From Candidatus Nomurabacteria bacterium (GTDB lineage: Bacteria > Patescibacteriota > Minisyncoccia > Phycocordibacterales > UBA9973), in NCBI GenBank assembly GCA_016699085.1, contig CP064958.1:131785-195784 (forward strand): a stretch of 64,000 nucleotides of DNA. The letters are read 5' to 3'. The notes under the pieces are model-generated. The model was not told the origin of the DNA. It saw only the letters and a list, made by a program, of their open reading frames with translations, and did not search any database. The position numbers and the translations under genes were made by a program. Positions 47,717 to 56,857 of the stretch are shown here, piece by piece. Each line of letters starts with the position of its first letter. Position 1 is the first letter of the stretch.

Positions 47717-49474
47717 TTACATTTGATTATGAAGAGAAAACTGCTTGTCCCAAAGAGATCGATATATGCCACCCTTTTCAAGTAACTGATCATGTGTACC
47801 ACGTTCAAAAACAGATCCATCTTTAAGCACAATAATCTCATCAAGTTTTGCAATAGTCGTCAAACGATGAGCTATTACAATCATGGTTTTACCTTTCATA
47901 TCACGCAAGATTGCCTGAATTGAGCTTTCTGTCTCAGCATCAAGTGCTGATGTTGGCTCATCAAGAATCACAATTGGCGCGTTTTTGAGAAATGCTGCAG
48001 CAATTGCAAGACATTGTCGTTGCCCACCAGAAAGTATAATACCTCGTTCTCCAACTTTGGTTTCATACCCATGTTCTAAAGAATCCATAATGAAATCATG
48101 GCATGAAGCTTTTTTTGCTGCTTCGATCACATCCTCTTTAGTTGCATGCGAATCACCTAGACGAATAATATCCATGACTGACCAGAATGGAAATTGTGGA
48201 TCTTGCGGTACGAAACTTATCGCTTTGCGTAGTGTTTTTCTTGAAAAAGACTGAATATTCACCCCTCCGATAAAAATGCCTCCTGTTTTTTGTTCAAGAT
48301 TAAATTGTTTTAATAATAATCTTGTAAGTGTCGTTTTACCAGCACCCCGAACTCCAACAATGCCATAACGTTTACCTGCTTCAAAATCCATCGAAAAATT
48401 TTGTAAAACAATTTTGTCTTTCTTTGGATACGAAAAGGTTACATCTGAAAATGCTATGTCGGTTGTGACTATCTGCTCATTACCACTTTCTATATCTTCT
48501 TCATCTTCCTCATCGAGAATCATTGCCATTTCGTGCGCATCAGCAATAAAGTGCCTAATACGCGTGACACTTTTGCCAAAGTTCCACATATACATTGCAA
48601 CGTTTCCAATATACGACTGAATCATCACAACAGTACCAATACTTATTTCCTTTGCTAGTGATTTTTGTATCACCATATACATTACGACTGATTCTAAAAT
48701 AAGAATTAGTGATGCCTGGATAGAAGACTGCGTGTTATCACGTAACCATGCTCGTAACCGATGACCATATTCATCACTTGTCGTCTGAGTGAACGAATTA
48801 TATTCGCGTTCCTCACGTGCATACGTATGAATCGTGTGAATACTGCCAAGAATGTCACTCATGTGGCCAGTAGTAAACGAATCTGCATTTGATGAACGTA
48901 AATCATACGGTGTACGGAGGTGGCCTAAATACCATGCACTGATTCCATAGATAACTACCCAAATGCTCAATATTACGCCAATTATTGGCAATGTCATAAA
49001 GATTACAATGAATACACCAACAAGCATTATCCCCACACGGTATATAGTAAAAACAAACTCGTCATAGACATTCTCTGATGTGCCTGCAAATCGTTTAACT
49101 TTTGCTACTAATGAACCCGAGAATGAATTGAAGAAGAAATTTGTATTCCGCCATATCAAATGCTGCAATGCGTAATCCTTGAGGTACTTAATAATTTTTG
49201 TCTGAGATTTGACGACAGTGTAATCACCTATCCGACCAGAAACCCATCCAACGAGACTCAGAACTACTATTAAACCAAATAACCAGACCGATGCTTTTGC
49301 ATCATTTGTTGTTAACATATCGAAGATACTTTTCCATATTGCTGGTTTATATACCGTGTCAATAAAAGTACCAACGCCATAACATACAAATGTAATAATG
49401 ATCAACTTTCGTTGTGCATGAAATGCATGCTTCCAATGGCGCCAAACAGGAGCAAAGAGTTTTTTCTTTTCCAT
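47717..49474 (-). CDS. ABC transporter, fused permease/ATP-binding protein (type I exporter, MsbA-like)
   Basis: Six-TM N-terminal domain, then an NBD with Walker A GVRGAGKTTL, signature LSGGQRQ and Walker B IVILDEPTSALD. Confidence 0.9.
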   Translation of the reverse strand: MEKKKLFAPVWRHWKHAFHAQRKLIIITFVCYGVGTFIDTVYKPAIWKSIFDMLTTNDAKASVWLFGLIVVLSLVGWVSGRIGDYTVVKSQTKIIKYLKDYALQHLIWRNTNFFFNSFSGSLVAKVKRFAGTSENVYDEFVFTIYRVGIMLVGVFIVIFMTLPIIGVILSIWVVIYGISAWYLGHLRTPYDLRSSNADSFTTGHMSDILGSIHTIHTYAREEREYNSFTQTTSDEYGHRLRAWLRDNTQSSIQASLILILESVVMYMVIQKSLAKEISIGTVVMIQSYIGNVAMYMWNFGKSVTRIRHFIADAHEMAMILDEEDEEDIESGNEQIVTTDIAFSDVTFSYPKKDKIVLQNFSMDFEAGKRYGIVGVRGAGKTTLTRLLLKQFNLEQKTGGIFIGGVNIQSFSRKTLRKAISFVPQDPQFPFWSVMDIIRLGDSHATKEDVIEAAKKASCHDFIMDSLEHGYETKVGERGIILSGGQRQCLAIAAAFLKNAPIVILDEPTSALDAETESSIQAILRDMKGKTMIVIAHRLTTIAKLDEIIVLKDGSVFERGTHDQLLEKGGIYRSLWDKQFSLHNQM

Positions 49475-49757
49475 TATTTTTATTTTTTTAATGAACTGAT
49501 TATTTAGATTAAGAACAACACACCTCGCGCAAGGCGAGATGTTTCAAATGTTCAAGCTAGAGGCTTAAACCCTTATAACATCCTGCCTTGCGGGCAGTAG
49601 AAGTGAAGTAAAGACAGATACGTTGGATCGAGATCCGCATGGAATAGACGCCCACATATATGTGCGCTTCGTGTTCGTATTCATTTGTGTATCTGTTTTA
49701 TTCATAACAAAATCATAGTATCACGTTTTATGTAATAGTCAATAACACCTGTGGAAA

Positions 49758-49787
49758 ACAAAAAACTCCTTTGCTAGGAGTTTTTTG
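49758..49787. terminator. Bidirectional terminator downstream of rpsR
   Basis: aaaaaactcctttgctaggagttttttg. Confidence 0.6.
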
Positions 49788-49909
49788 TTGATTGTTATAC
49801 GAGAACCAAAGCAGAAGTAATTTTTCATTGTCTGGCCTGCATAGCAAGGAGAACCGAGGACCATGAAAATTATTTCTGCTCTGGTATTTACTATTTGGAT
49901 AAAAAAGTT

Positions 49910-50110
49910 TTATTTTGCTATATACGGTAGCAAACCCATAAATCGTGCTCGTTTGATTGCCATAGCAAGTGAACGCTGGTTCTTGGCTGTCATACCAGTT
50001 TTCTTGGCAGAGAGCATGCGAGCATTTGGATTCAAGAATTTCTTGAGGACTTCTATATCTTTATAATCAATATGCTTGATATTGTTTGCTGAAAAATAAT
50101 CTTGTTTCAT
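49910..50110 (-). CDS. rpsR: 30S ribosomal protein S18
   Basis: ...IDYKDIEVLKKFLNPNARMLSAKKTGMTAKNQRSLAMAIKRARFMGLLPY. Confidence 0.9.
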   Translation of the reverse strand: MKQDYFSANNIKHIDYKDIEVLKKFLNPNARMLSAKKTGMTAKNQRSLAMAIKRARFMGLLPYIAK

Positions 50111-50140
50111 GTTTTAATATATCTGGTTAATTTCCTAATG

Positions 50141-50587
50141 TTAGAATGGTATATCTTCGGCATTGATGTCGTCAGCTGGATATTCAATCGTATCGACGTC
50201 ACTTTCGTCTTTAGCTGGTTTGTCATTTCGCGGCGTATCACTTGCACCTCCGGGCGCACCTGAAGCTCTCGGACCAAACTGAAAGTTTTCAACGACGATT
50301 TCTGTGCGATACTTTTTCTCGCCGTCTTTTTCCCAACTCCTTGTTTGCAATCGCCCATCAATATAGAGACTGCTTCCCTTTTTACAATACTGAGCTATGA
50401 GCTCCGCTGGCTTGGCAAATGCGACTGCATTGTGAAATTCTGTTGCTTCTTGCTTGGCACCATTTTGATCCTTCCACGAACGATTTGTTGCCAAACTAAA
50501 ACTAGTGACTTTGACACCTGATGGGAGTGACTTGAGTTCAGGATCTCGGGTGAGATTCCCGATTATCATTACTTTATTGAGATACAT
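50141..50587 (-). CDS. ssb: Single-stranded DNA-binding protein
   Basis: MYLNKVMIIGNLTRDPELK...OB fold...Gly/Pro-rich tail ending in the acidic DDINAEDIPF. The start is trimmed to the MYLNKV Met (the ORF track extends to 50638). Confidence 0.85.
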   Translation of the reverse strand: MYLNKVMIIGNLTRDPELKSLPSGVKVTSFSLATNRSWKDQNGAKQEATEFHNAVAFAKPAELIAQYCKKGSSLYIDGRLQTRSWEKDGEKKYRTEIVVENFQFGPRASGAPGGASDTPRNDKPAKDESDVDTIEYPADDINAEDIPF

Positions 50588-50755
50588 GGCTGTTGTATAA
50601 GGAGCGGAGCGACTATATACATCGCCACCCCGTACCAAATTTTTGATTACTTATAAATTTTCGACATAAAGAAAAGTATTACATTCTTTCCACTAGATTC
50701 ATCATAGAACAAAATTTGGTTCTGGGGTAGTGGTTACTAAACAGTAAGAATAAGA

Positions 50756-51256
50756 CTACTCTTTTACCATTGCTTCAATCTGTGCATCAACTTCTTCTTT
50801 GTTTAGCTCTACCTTTGGTTCATCCTCACTGCCACTTCGCTTTTTACCTATATCGCGATTTACAGGACGCTTTGAGACGAGAGTGTTCTCACGGACGGTC
50901 TTGATCAAGAGGTAACGAATAATCTCTTCATTTCGCATAAGGATTGCATTTAATTCTGCAATCTTTTCTGGCTCGAGTTCAAACTTAATCCAGCCAAAGT
51001 ACGCACTGGTAAACTTTTCTTTCTTGTTGGTAATGACTCGCTCCATACGATACGCGAGCTCTATGTATCGTGCGAAATCTTCAGAGATAAAGACACCACC
51101 ACGATCATTCACGAGATCTTTGAGACCTGTTATTTTACCTGCGATTTGCTCTTCAGGTATAGTTGGCACGAAAAGGTATGAGAGTTCATAGACCTTTTTA
51201 CCTTCACCTGCCTGTACGACTTTTTGTTCTGTTTCTTCCATAAATAAAACGCGCAT
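50756..51256 (-). CDS. rpsF: 30S ribosomal protein S6 (with N- and C-terminal extensions)
   Basis: ...KVYELSYLFVPTIPEEQIAGKITGLKDLVNDRGGVFISEDFARYIELAYRMERV... Start ambiguous between the 51292, 51256 and 51241 Mets. Forms an rpsF-ssb-rpsR operon. Confidence 0.7.
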   Translation of the reverse strand: MRVLFMEETEQKVVQAGEGKKVYELSYLFVPTIPEEQIAGKITGLKDLVNDRGGVFISEDFARYIELAYRMERVITNKKEKFTSAYFGWIKFELEPEKIAELNAILMRNEEIIRYLLIKTVRENTLVSKRPVNRDIGKKRSGSEDEPKVELNKEEVDAQIEAMVKE

Positions 51257-51352
51257 ATGCGCGGTCCAATAGTAATAAAGCCTTCTTGTCATGGACCGAA
51301 GCGATATAGCGTCAGAGCCATATCGAACAAGAAGTAGCTACATATTACCAAA

Positions 51353-52162
51353 TTATGCCTCTATGTCAAACTGTTTCTTAATGTTTGAAATTAGTGCAGT
51401 GCGAACCAGTTCTACATCCATTTCTTTTAATTCTGCTATTTTCTTGTATACCTCCTCTACCATCCAAGGCTCGCATTCTTTGCCGCGGTATGGCACCGGC
51501 GCAGCAAACGGCGCATCAGTTTCGCACATGATTGATTCGAGCGGTAGAAACTTGATTAACTCGTCATAATCTCGAGAAAACGTGATCGGCCCATCGAAAG
51601 ACATAGTAAATCCAAGATCAATGATTTTCTTTGCAATCTCAATATTGCCGACAAAGAAATGAAAATTAGCCTTGATACCTCTAAAATCTTTCAATATTTC
51701 TAAGACATCTACATAGGCATCTTGGCTACCTTTTGATGGTCTCGCATGTATCATGAGTGGTTTACTTGTCTCAATCGCAAGTTCGATATGCTGTTTAAAT
51801 AGCGCTTTCTGTTTTTCTTTTATACTATTCACTATTTCCTGCTCACTATTTACTAGTCTAAAGTAATCAAGTCCACATTCACCGATCGCAACCACAGATG
51901 ATTGCTTAGCAAGTTCTCTATATGCACCTATATCAAAAACCTCTTTGTCGTTATCTGTTGGATGAAGACCTACTGTTGCACCCAGGACTACATCTGGATA
52001 AGCAAGCGTAAGTTCGATAGTACGCTTTGATGTTTCTTTATCAACACCGATAACAATAGTCCCGACACCTTTTTCACGCATACGAGCAATAACCTCTTCC
52101 CTTTTTTCCCATAGTGGCGAGAGATTAAGGTGGGAGTGAATATCGATGTATTTAATTTCCAT
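51353..52162 (-). CDS. tatD: TatD-family metal-dependent hydrolase (DNase)
   Basis: MEIKYIDIHSHLN... plus conserved His/Glu/Asp positions across the TIM barrel. Confidence 0.85.
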   Translation of the reverse strand: MEIKYIDIHSHLNLSPLWEKREEVIARMREKGVGTIVIGVDKETSKRTIELTLAYPDVVLGATVGLHPTDNDKEVFDIGAYRELAKQSSVVAIGECGLDYFRLVNSEQEIVNSIKEKQKALFKQHIELAIETSKPLMIHARPSKGSQDAYVDVLEILKDFRGIKANFHFFVGNIEIAKKIIDLGFTMSFDGPITFSRDYDELIKFLPLESIMCETDAPFAAPVPYRGKECEPWMVEEVYKKIAELKEMDVELVRTALISNIKKQFDIEA

Positions 52163-52189
52163 GTACCTACTATACTAATTTTTTGTAAA

Positions 52190-52216
52190 AGAAAAACCCC
52201 AATATGTGGGGTTTAT
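52190..52216. terminator. Terminator hairpin
   Basis: aaaaaccccaatatgtggggttt. Confidence 0.5.
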
Positions 52217-52221
52217 ATTTA

Positions 52222-53163
52222 TCATACGACTTTTGCTCTTTGAGACTTTATAGAGAAGAGCGACTTGATTCCATATAGCGCAAGACCGAAGGCGCTTGCA
52301 TATATTGGAATCACAATAAGAACCTTTAGGTCTTCAGTAAAACCCGCAATACATATTACAAAACATGCGATTTGAATAAACAGCATCATAATTATTCTTG
52401 GTTTTCCTTTATGAATTATGGCTATCTTTCCTAAAATAAAGCGATAACGTATGAGCATATTACCAATACTTACAAGTACCGATATACTCACTAGTGTCAT
52501 TCCAAGAAGACTTTTGGGAACACTTTCTGTAACATAACTTTGTACAGTAAAAAATGTACTTCGGCCTATGATGTAGAATATTAACACCCCAATAATCAAT
52601 ATAGTTGAGAAAGTTACAATAGAATTGTATATACCTTTAATTCTTTCCGGCTCATAACGTGCAAACACAAAAATGATAAGCAAGATAATTATACAGACCA
52701 ATTGACCAGAAACTCCAAACGCAGGGAAAAATGTTTTTGAATAAGGTACATCTTTTGCAATAACCAGTGTTTTAGAATTTTGATCATACGTAACCGTATT
52801 GGCATGTTTTGTTCTTTCATACATGAGCCAAGGTGCTTTTTTGTTTTCCTGTGTACGATACAAATATTCGTACGCATACGGTATACCAGGCTGCTTGTAT
52901 GCAGCAAGATAGAAGGAATTTTCAATCGATGCATCTGGATTTGGAATGACATCTGCTTCATTAACGAATGAGCGATGAACAAAGCATTTCTTCTCCAATG
53001 AATCACAAGTTAGGCTATCCAATTTTACTTGGGTTATAAAAGCCAATTTTTTGCCAAAATTTTCAACCTCAATACTGCTTGTATTAGAAGTTCGTAGTGT
53101 TTCCTGGCTAAATCCAGTTAAAGTAGCAACAGCCAAAATGACAAGGAGCAAGAAATTTTTCAT
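52222..53163 (-). CDS. Hypothetical membrane protein (signal peptide, ~150-aa extracytoplasmic domain, 4 C-terminal TM helices)
   Basis: Hydropathy pattern only. Confidence 0.3.
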   Translation of the reverse strand: MKNFLLLVILAVATLTGFSQETLRTSNTSSIEVENFGKKLAFITQVKLDSLTCDSLEKKCFVHRSFVNEADVIPNPDASIENSFYLAAYKQPGIPYAYEYLYRTQENKKAPWLMYERTKHANTVTYDQNSKTLVIAKDVPYSKTFFPAFGVSGQLVCIIILLIIFVFARYEPERIKGIYNSIVTFSTILIIGVLIFYIIGRSTFFTVQSYVTESVPKSLLGMTLVSISVLVSIGNMLIRYRFILGKIAIIHKGKPRIIMMLFIQIACFVICIAGFTEDLKVLIVIPIYASAFGLALYGIKSLFSIKSQRAKVV

Positions 53164-53221
53164 CTGAGTTAAGTTTTATTTGATTTTACAATATCATATA
53201 TTTATATAAAGTCAATTAAAA

Positions 53222-53248
53222 AAGAAAAAGCTCAATATGAGCTTTTAT
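53222..53248. terminator. Terminator hairpin
   Basis: aaaaagctcaatatgagcttttat. Confidence 0.45.
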
Positions 53249-53568
53249 AATTTCTTTTGATGCATATACCCATACTGCAGTCGTCTTACATTGTGTCTGC
53301 TGAGATGCATATTCGTTTGTACGCTGCAATTTTTAGGATGTACCCTTCTGTGCCTTGCTTGATACAAGATAACTTTTTCAGGAGTAAAAAACTCTTGTAT
53401 CTTTATTTGCATAATCGGCAATTCCCTTTTAGCAACTTCCTGGTGATTAATATCTTTGCATTCAAGCACAATAATTTGTGCTGTTTCCAGTTGAGCATAT
53501 ACAAGTTCATATGACGTGTGACCTATTACACCAAAATCAACATGGGCAATAATTCCTACTTCTTTCAT
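53245..53568 (-). CDS. Hypothetical 107-aa protein. The N-terminus resembles a degenerate translational-GTPase G1 region, so it may be a gene remnant.
   Basis: MKEVGIIAHVDFGVIGHTSYELV versus the canonical VGIIAHVDHGKTTL of EF-Tu/IF2/LepA. The rest is unrelated. Confidence 0.2.
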   Translation of the reverse strand: MKEVGIIAHVDFGVIGHTSYELVYAQLETAQIIVLECKDINHQEVAKRELPIMQIKIQEFFTPEKVILYQARHRRVHPKNCSVQTNMHLSRHNVRRLQYGYMHQKKL

Positions 53569-53676
53569 TAAAAGATTTTTTTATATTATACATATTTTTT
53601 TTAAAAAAGCAATATCAGTATAAAAGAAAGCTTGGATTGGTGCAATTTATGTAGTACATTGTTATAAAAATAACCC

Positions 53677-54147
53677 ATGAAATTTGAATACAAAGGTTCT
53701 TTATACACACTTATTATTACTGAATGCAAAGAGCAACTCAATCAAAAGTGCAGTAAAGAAATCATCATCCGAAAAAAGGATTCCGGGTTTAGATTTGATA
53801 CATTTATGCTTCATCAAGTCATGAATACAGTAGTTTCCCTACTCTATCCACACACATTTCAAGAACCTGGAACCGAAACAGTAGTTAGTTTGTCTTTACT
53901 TAACAAACCTGTCATTGAAAAGAATCCAGTGACCAACAAAGAAATTCATCGTGAACTTGTTGGCATAAATGATGTAATCTACGGTTACATCAAAGACTCT
54001 CATTGCATCTGTTCAGGTGATACCAACAATTTTCAGAGCTTTGATATACGTATTGAATTTTTTGTCAGAGGCGGCAAAATTGCAGCAGGCAGAATGCAAG
54101 TCTACCGATCAAATGATAAATTTGTTCCCTACTTCAATAAAAAGTAA
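53677..54147 (+). CDS. Hypothetical protein (156 aa)
   Basis: ORF only. Convergent with metG and separated from it by a terminator hairpin. Confidence 0.3.
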   Translation: MKFEYKGSLYTLIITECKEQLNQKCSKEIIIRKKDSGFRFDTFMLHQVMNTVVSLLYPHTFQEPGTETVVSLSLLNKPVIEKNPVTNKEIHRELVGINDVIYGYIKDSHCICSGDTNNFQSFDIRIEFFVRGGKIAAGRMQVYRSNDKFVPYFNKK

Positions 54148-54173
54148 AGCGCTCTATAAAATAGAGCGCTTTA
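54147..54173. terminator. Bidirectional terminator between convergent genes
   Basis: aagcgctctat-aaaa-tagagcgcttt. Confidence 0.55.
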
Positions 54174-54194
54174 AATTTTACTAATTTAAAATAG

Positions 54195-55631
54195 TTACTC
54201 TTTCCTCAAGAAAAGCGGCTCTGGCATGGCAAATGCTTTGATTGTTTCCTTAATTTTTTTACTTGTCTCAGGCATCATTGGATGTAGCATTTCCGCTATA
54301 GCATACAGTCGAAGTACTAAATCTTTTATAATTTCAATTGCAGCATCTTTATCAGTTTTTACTAATTTAAATGGCTCTTTGCTTTGAATGATCTGGTCAA
54401 GCTCACTGACATGCCGGAATGTTATATCCATTGCTTCTTTAATATCAAATCGCTCCATAGCATGTATCCAATTTTCTGGCATAAATTCCTTAGGAATTGC
54501 AGGTGTTTTCTCGAGGTGTGTCGTTGCCATTTTCATAATACGACTCGTGAGATTGCCTATACCATTTGCAAGTTTAGCATTGTAGGCATCGCGAAATCGC
54601 TCAATCGTAAACGGACTATCCTCAAACGAACTTACTTCTGACAACAAGAAAAATCTAAGCGCTTCCGTACCATACTCTTCTGCAATAGTTTTCGGATCAA
54701 CAACATTACCGAGAGACTTGGACATTTTTACTCCACCTTCTGCCGTGATAAAACCATTCACTACTATCTGGTCGGAATTCGGTAGCTCTGCGGCCATAAG
54801 CATGGCTTGCCACATGACAGATTGGAATCGTGTATTATCTTTACCGCAGTATTGGGTTGGTGTGCCATCTACCCAATATTTGGTAAATGTTTCAGTGTCA
54901 TTGGGCCAACCAACCGTCGCAATATAATTGACCAGTGCATCAAACCAAACATACATGACTTGTTCTGGATCGCCCGGTACTGGTATCCCCCACTCCATCT
55001 TTGATTTGAGGCGTGAAATAGAGAAATCGCGAAGCCCTCCTTTTATAAATGCTTTCATTTCATTGAAACGAAATTCCGGAATAACAAAATTTGGCTTTTT
55101 TTCATAGAACGCTAGGAGTTTGTCACCAAATGCTGAAAACTTAAAGAAATAATTCTCTTCATTAATAAGCTCAAGCTCGAGATGCGGATGTATTGGACAC
55201 TTACCTTCTACTAATTCAGAATCTGTCTTTTCTTCTTCACAGCCGACACAGTATTTTGTCTCGTAGCTTTTTTTATATATATAGCCATTATCCTTGACTC
55301 GCTTCCAAAATTCCTCGGCAGCTATAACATGTTTTGGTTCAGTTGTACGGATAAAATGCACCGATTCAGTAAGGCCAAGTACTTTGACCGATGCATAAAA
55401 TTTCTCAACATTGTCATCGACGAATGCTTGGACTGCTTTGCCTTCCGCCTCTGCTTTTTTAAATATTTTTGACCCATGCTCATCAGTACCCGAATTGAAA
55501 AAGACATCATGCCCCATGAGCATTTTGTACCGAGCAATTGCATCTGCGCGGATAAATTCAAGCGCATGGCCCATATGGAGCTCCGCATTTACATACGGTA
55601 GCGTTGTCGTGATATAAAATGGCTTACTCAT
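54195..55631 (-). CDS. metG: Methionyl-tRNA synthetase (short form, without the C-terminal tRNA-binding extension)
   Basis: ...LPYVNAELHMGHALEFIRADAIARY... (HIGH-type motif), CxxC...CPxH zinc knuckle, KMSKSLGN. Confidence 0.95.
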   Translation of the reverse strand: MSKPFYITTTLPYVNAELHMGHALEFIRADAIARYKMLMGHDVFFNSGTDEHGSKIFKKAEAEGKAVQAFVDDNVEKFYASVKVLGLTESVHFIRTTEPKHVIAAEEFWKRVKDNGYIYKKSYETKYCVGCEEEKTDSELVEGKCPIHPHLELELINEENYFFKFSAFGDKLLAFYEKKPNFVIPEFRFNEMKAFIKGGLRDFSISRLKSKMEWGIPVPGDPEQVMYVWFDALVNYIATVGWPNDTETFTKYWVDGTPTQYCGKDNTRFQSVMWQAMLMAAELPNSDQIVVNGFITAEGGVKMSKSLGNVVDPKTIAEEYGTEALRFFLLSEVSSFEDSPFTIERFRDAYNAKLANGIGNLTSRIMKMATTHLEKTPAIPKEFMPENWIHAMERFDIKEAMDITFRHVSELDQIIQSKEPFKLVKTDKDAAIEIIKDLVLRLYAIAEMLHPMMPETSKKIKETIKAFAMPEPLFLRKE

Positions 55632-55670
55632 GATAAATATAGGAAATTCTTAAGTAGGAATAGTAAATAG

Positions 55671-55740
55671 TATCACATCTCGCCCCGTAGCGAGCCGAGC
55701 GCGCACCTAGTGCGAGGCTCTGGTTCGGGGTAGTGATATA
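55671..55740. other. GC-rich ~70-nt imperfect hairpin in an AT-rich spacer between the AI-2E transporter gene and metG
   Basis: tatcacatctcgccccgtagcgagccgagcgcgcacctagtgcgaggctctggttcggggtagtgata. Nested complementary arms (atcac/gtgat, cccc/gggg, gagcc/ggctc, cgcac/gtgcg). No downstream U-tract on either strand. Confidence 0.4.
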
Positions 55741-55756
55741 GAAAGGCTTTAACATA

Positions 55757-56821
55757 TTAAATTCCTGCTTTACGTTTCTCTATATCATTGAAGTATTCAA
55801 GCAAACATACAGCCACAGGTACAGCTAAAATAATTCCCCAAAATCCTGCAAGTTTGGCACCGATCAAAAGCGAGATAATAACAACAAGCGGCGAGACGCC
55901 AGTCACCTTTTTTACAATGAGCGGTGAGAGCAAGTAGCCTTCGAATTGTTGGACAATCACATAGAAAAGCATCACCACAAAAGCAACTGATACTCCTCCG
56001 TCCAAATACGCAAAGACTATACCAGGTACCGCTGCGAGCACTACTCCAAATGGGATAAGCTCAAATATTGCAGCAACGATGCCTAGGAGAAATGCATACT
56101 TGACCCCAATAAGTGCAAGTCCGAGGTACACCAACACACCTACGATCAAACCGAGCAATAGCTGCCCTTGGACCCACAGGCCAATTTTGCGCTCAGTGCG
56201 CTGCCAGAGATCTATGACATATGCTTCGTGTTTGTCTGGAATAATAATCCGTAGAAAATTTTCTACCCCACGCTCTTGGATCGATAAGTAAAATGAGACG
56301 ACGACAAGTATGATCAGATTTAAAAGACCACCAAAAAGCGCAGAGGCAGTATTCACAAATCCTCCCGCAAGGCCACCAACAAATAACTGCGCTCGAGTGA
56401 TCAAATCATCAAGAGATAGATTTTGTGATATACCGGTCACAACCGCTTTGGCATCACTAACAGTTGTTGTGTCCAGATTGTTTAAGATACTCCCGCTCGG
56501 TATGTGTTTGGAAATAAGCACAATAAAATTCGATACTTCTGCAGAAAATATCGGCAAAAATGCATAGAACAAGCCTATAAAAACTAGGAAGGTCACTAGG
56601 TAGAGCAAGATCACCGCAAACATTCTTTGAATGCCGTATTTTTTAAGCTTGCGAACCCCCGATTCTACAAATGAGGCGACAACAATCGAGGTCAGAAGCA
56701 CCAAGACGATATCTTTGATATAGAAAAGCATCAAAACAAACAGGACAAAGACCACTGTCTGTAAAATAGTTTTTTGGCTGATATGTATGGTCATTTCTGA
56801 TTTTCCATTTCCTTCTTGCAT
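55757..56821 (-). CDS. AI-2E family transporter (PerM/YdiK/TqsA-like, UPF0118)
   Basis: 354 aa, 8 TM helices, characteristic cytoplasmic loop and the C-terminal GIILAVPVAV block. Confidence 0.65.
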   Translation of the reverse strand: MQEGNGKSEMTIHISQKTILQTVVFVLFVLMLFYIKDIVLVLLTSIVVASFVESGVRKLKKYGIQRMFAVILLYLVTFLVFIGLFYAFLPIFSAEVSNFIVLISKHIPSGSILNNLDTTTVSDAKAVVTGISQNLSLDDLITRAQLFVGGLAGGFVNTASALFGGLLNLIILVVVSFYLSIQERGVENFLRIIIPDKHEAYVIDLWQRTERKIGLWVQGQLLLGLIVGVLVYLGLALIGVKYAFLLGIVAAIFELIPFGVVLAAVPGIVFAYLDGGVSVAFVVMLFYVIVQQFEGYLLSPLIVKKVTGVSPLVVIISLLIGAKLAGFWGIILAVPVAVCLLEYFNDIEKRKAGI

Positions 56822-56857
56822 AGTCGTATCATACCGCTAAAGTTAGTATCCAACAAC

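Noticed and set aside
49863-50066. 67-aa plus-strand ORF
   Set aside because: Antisense to and fully overlapping rpsR (clear S18 homolog on the minus strand).
55632-55756. T-box riboswitch upstream of metG
   Set aside because: The spacer is only ~125 nt and lacks the conserved T-box sequence (AATTAGGGTGGNACCGCG-like) and specifier-loop architecture. It was kept only as an uncharacterised GC-rich hairpin.
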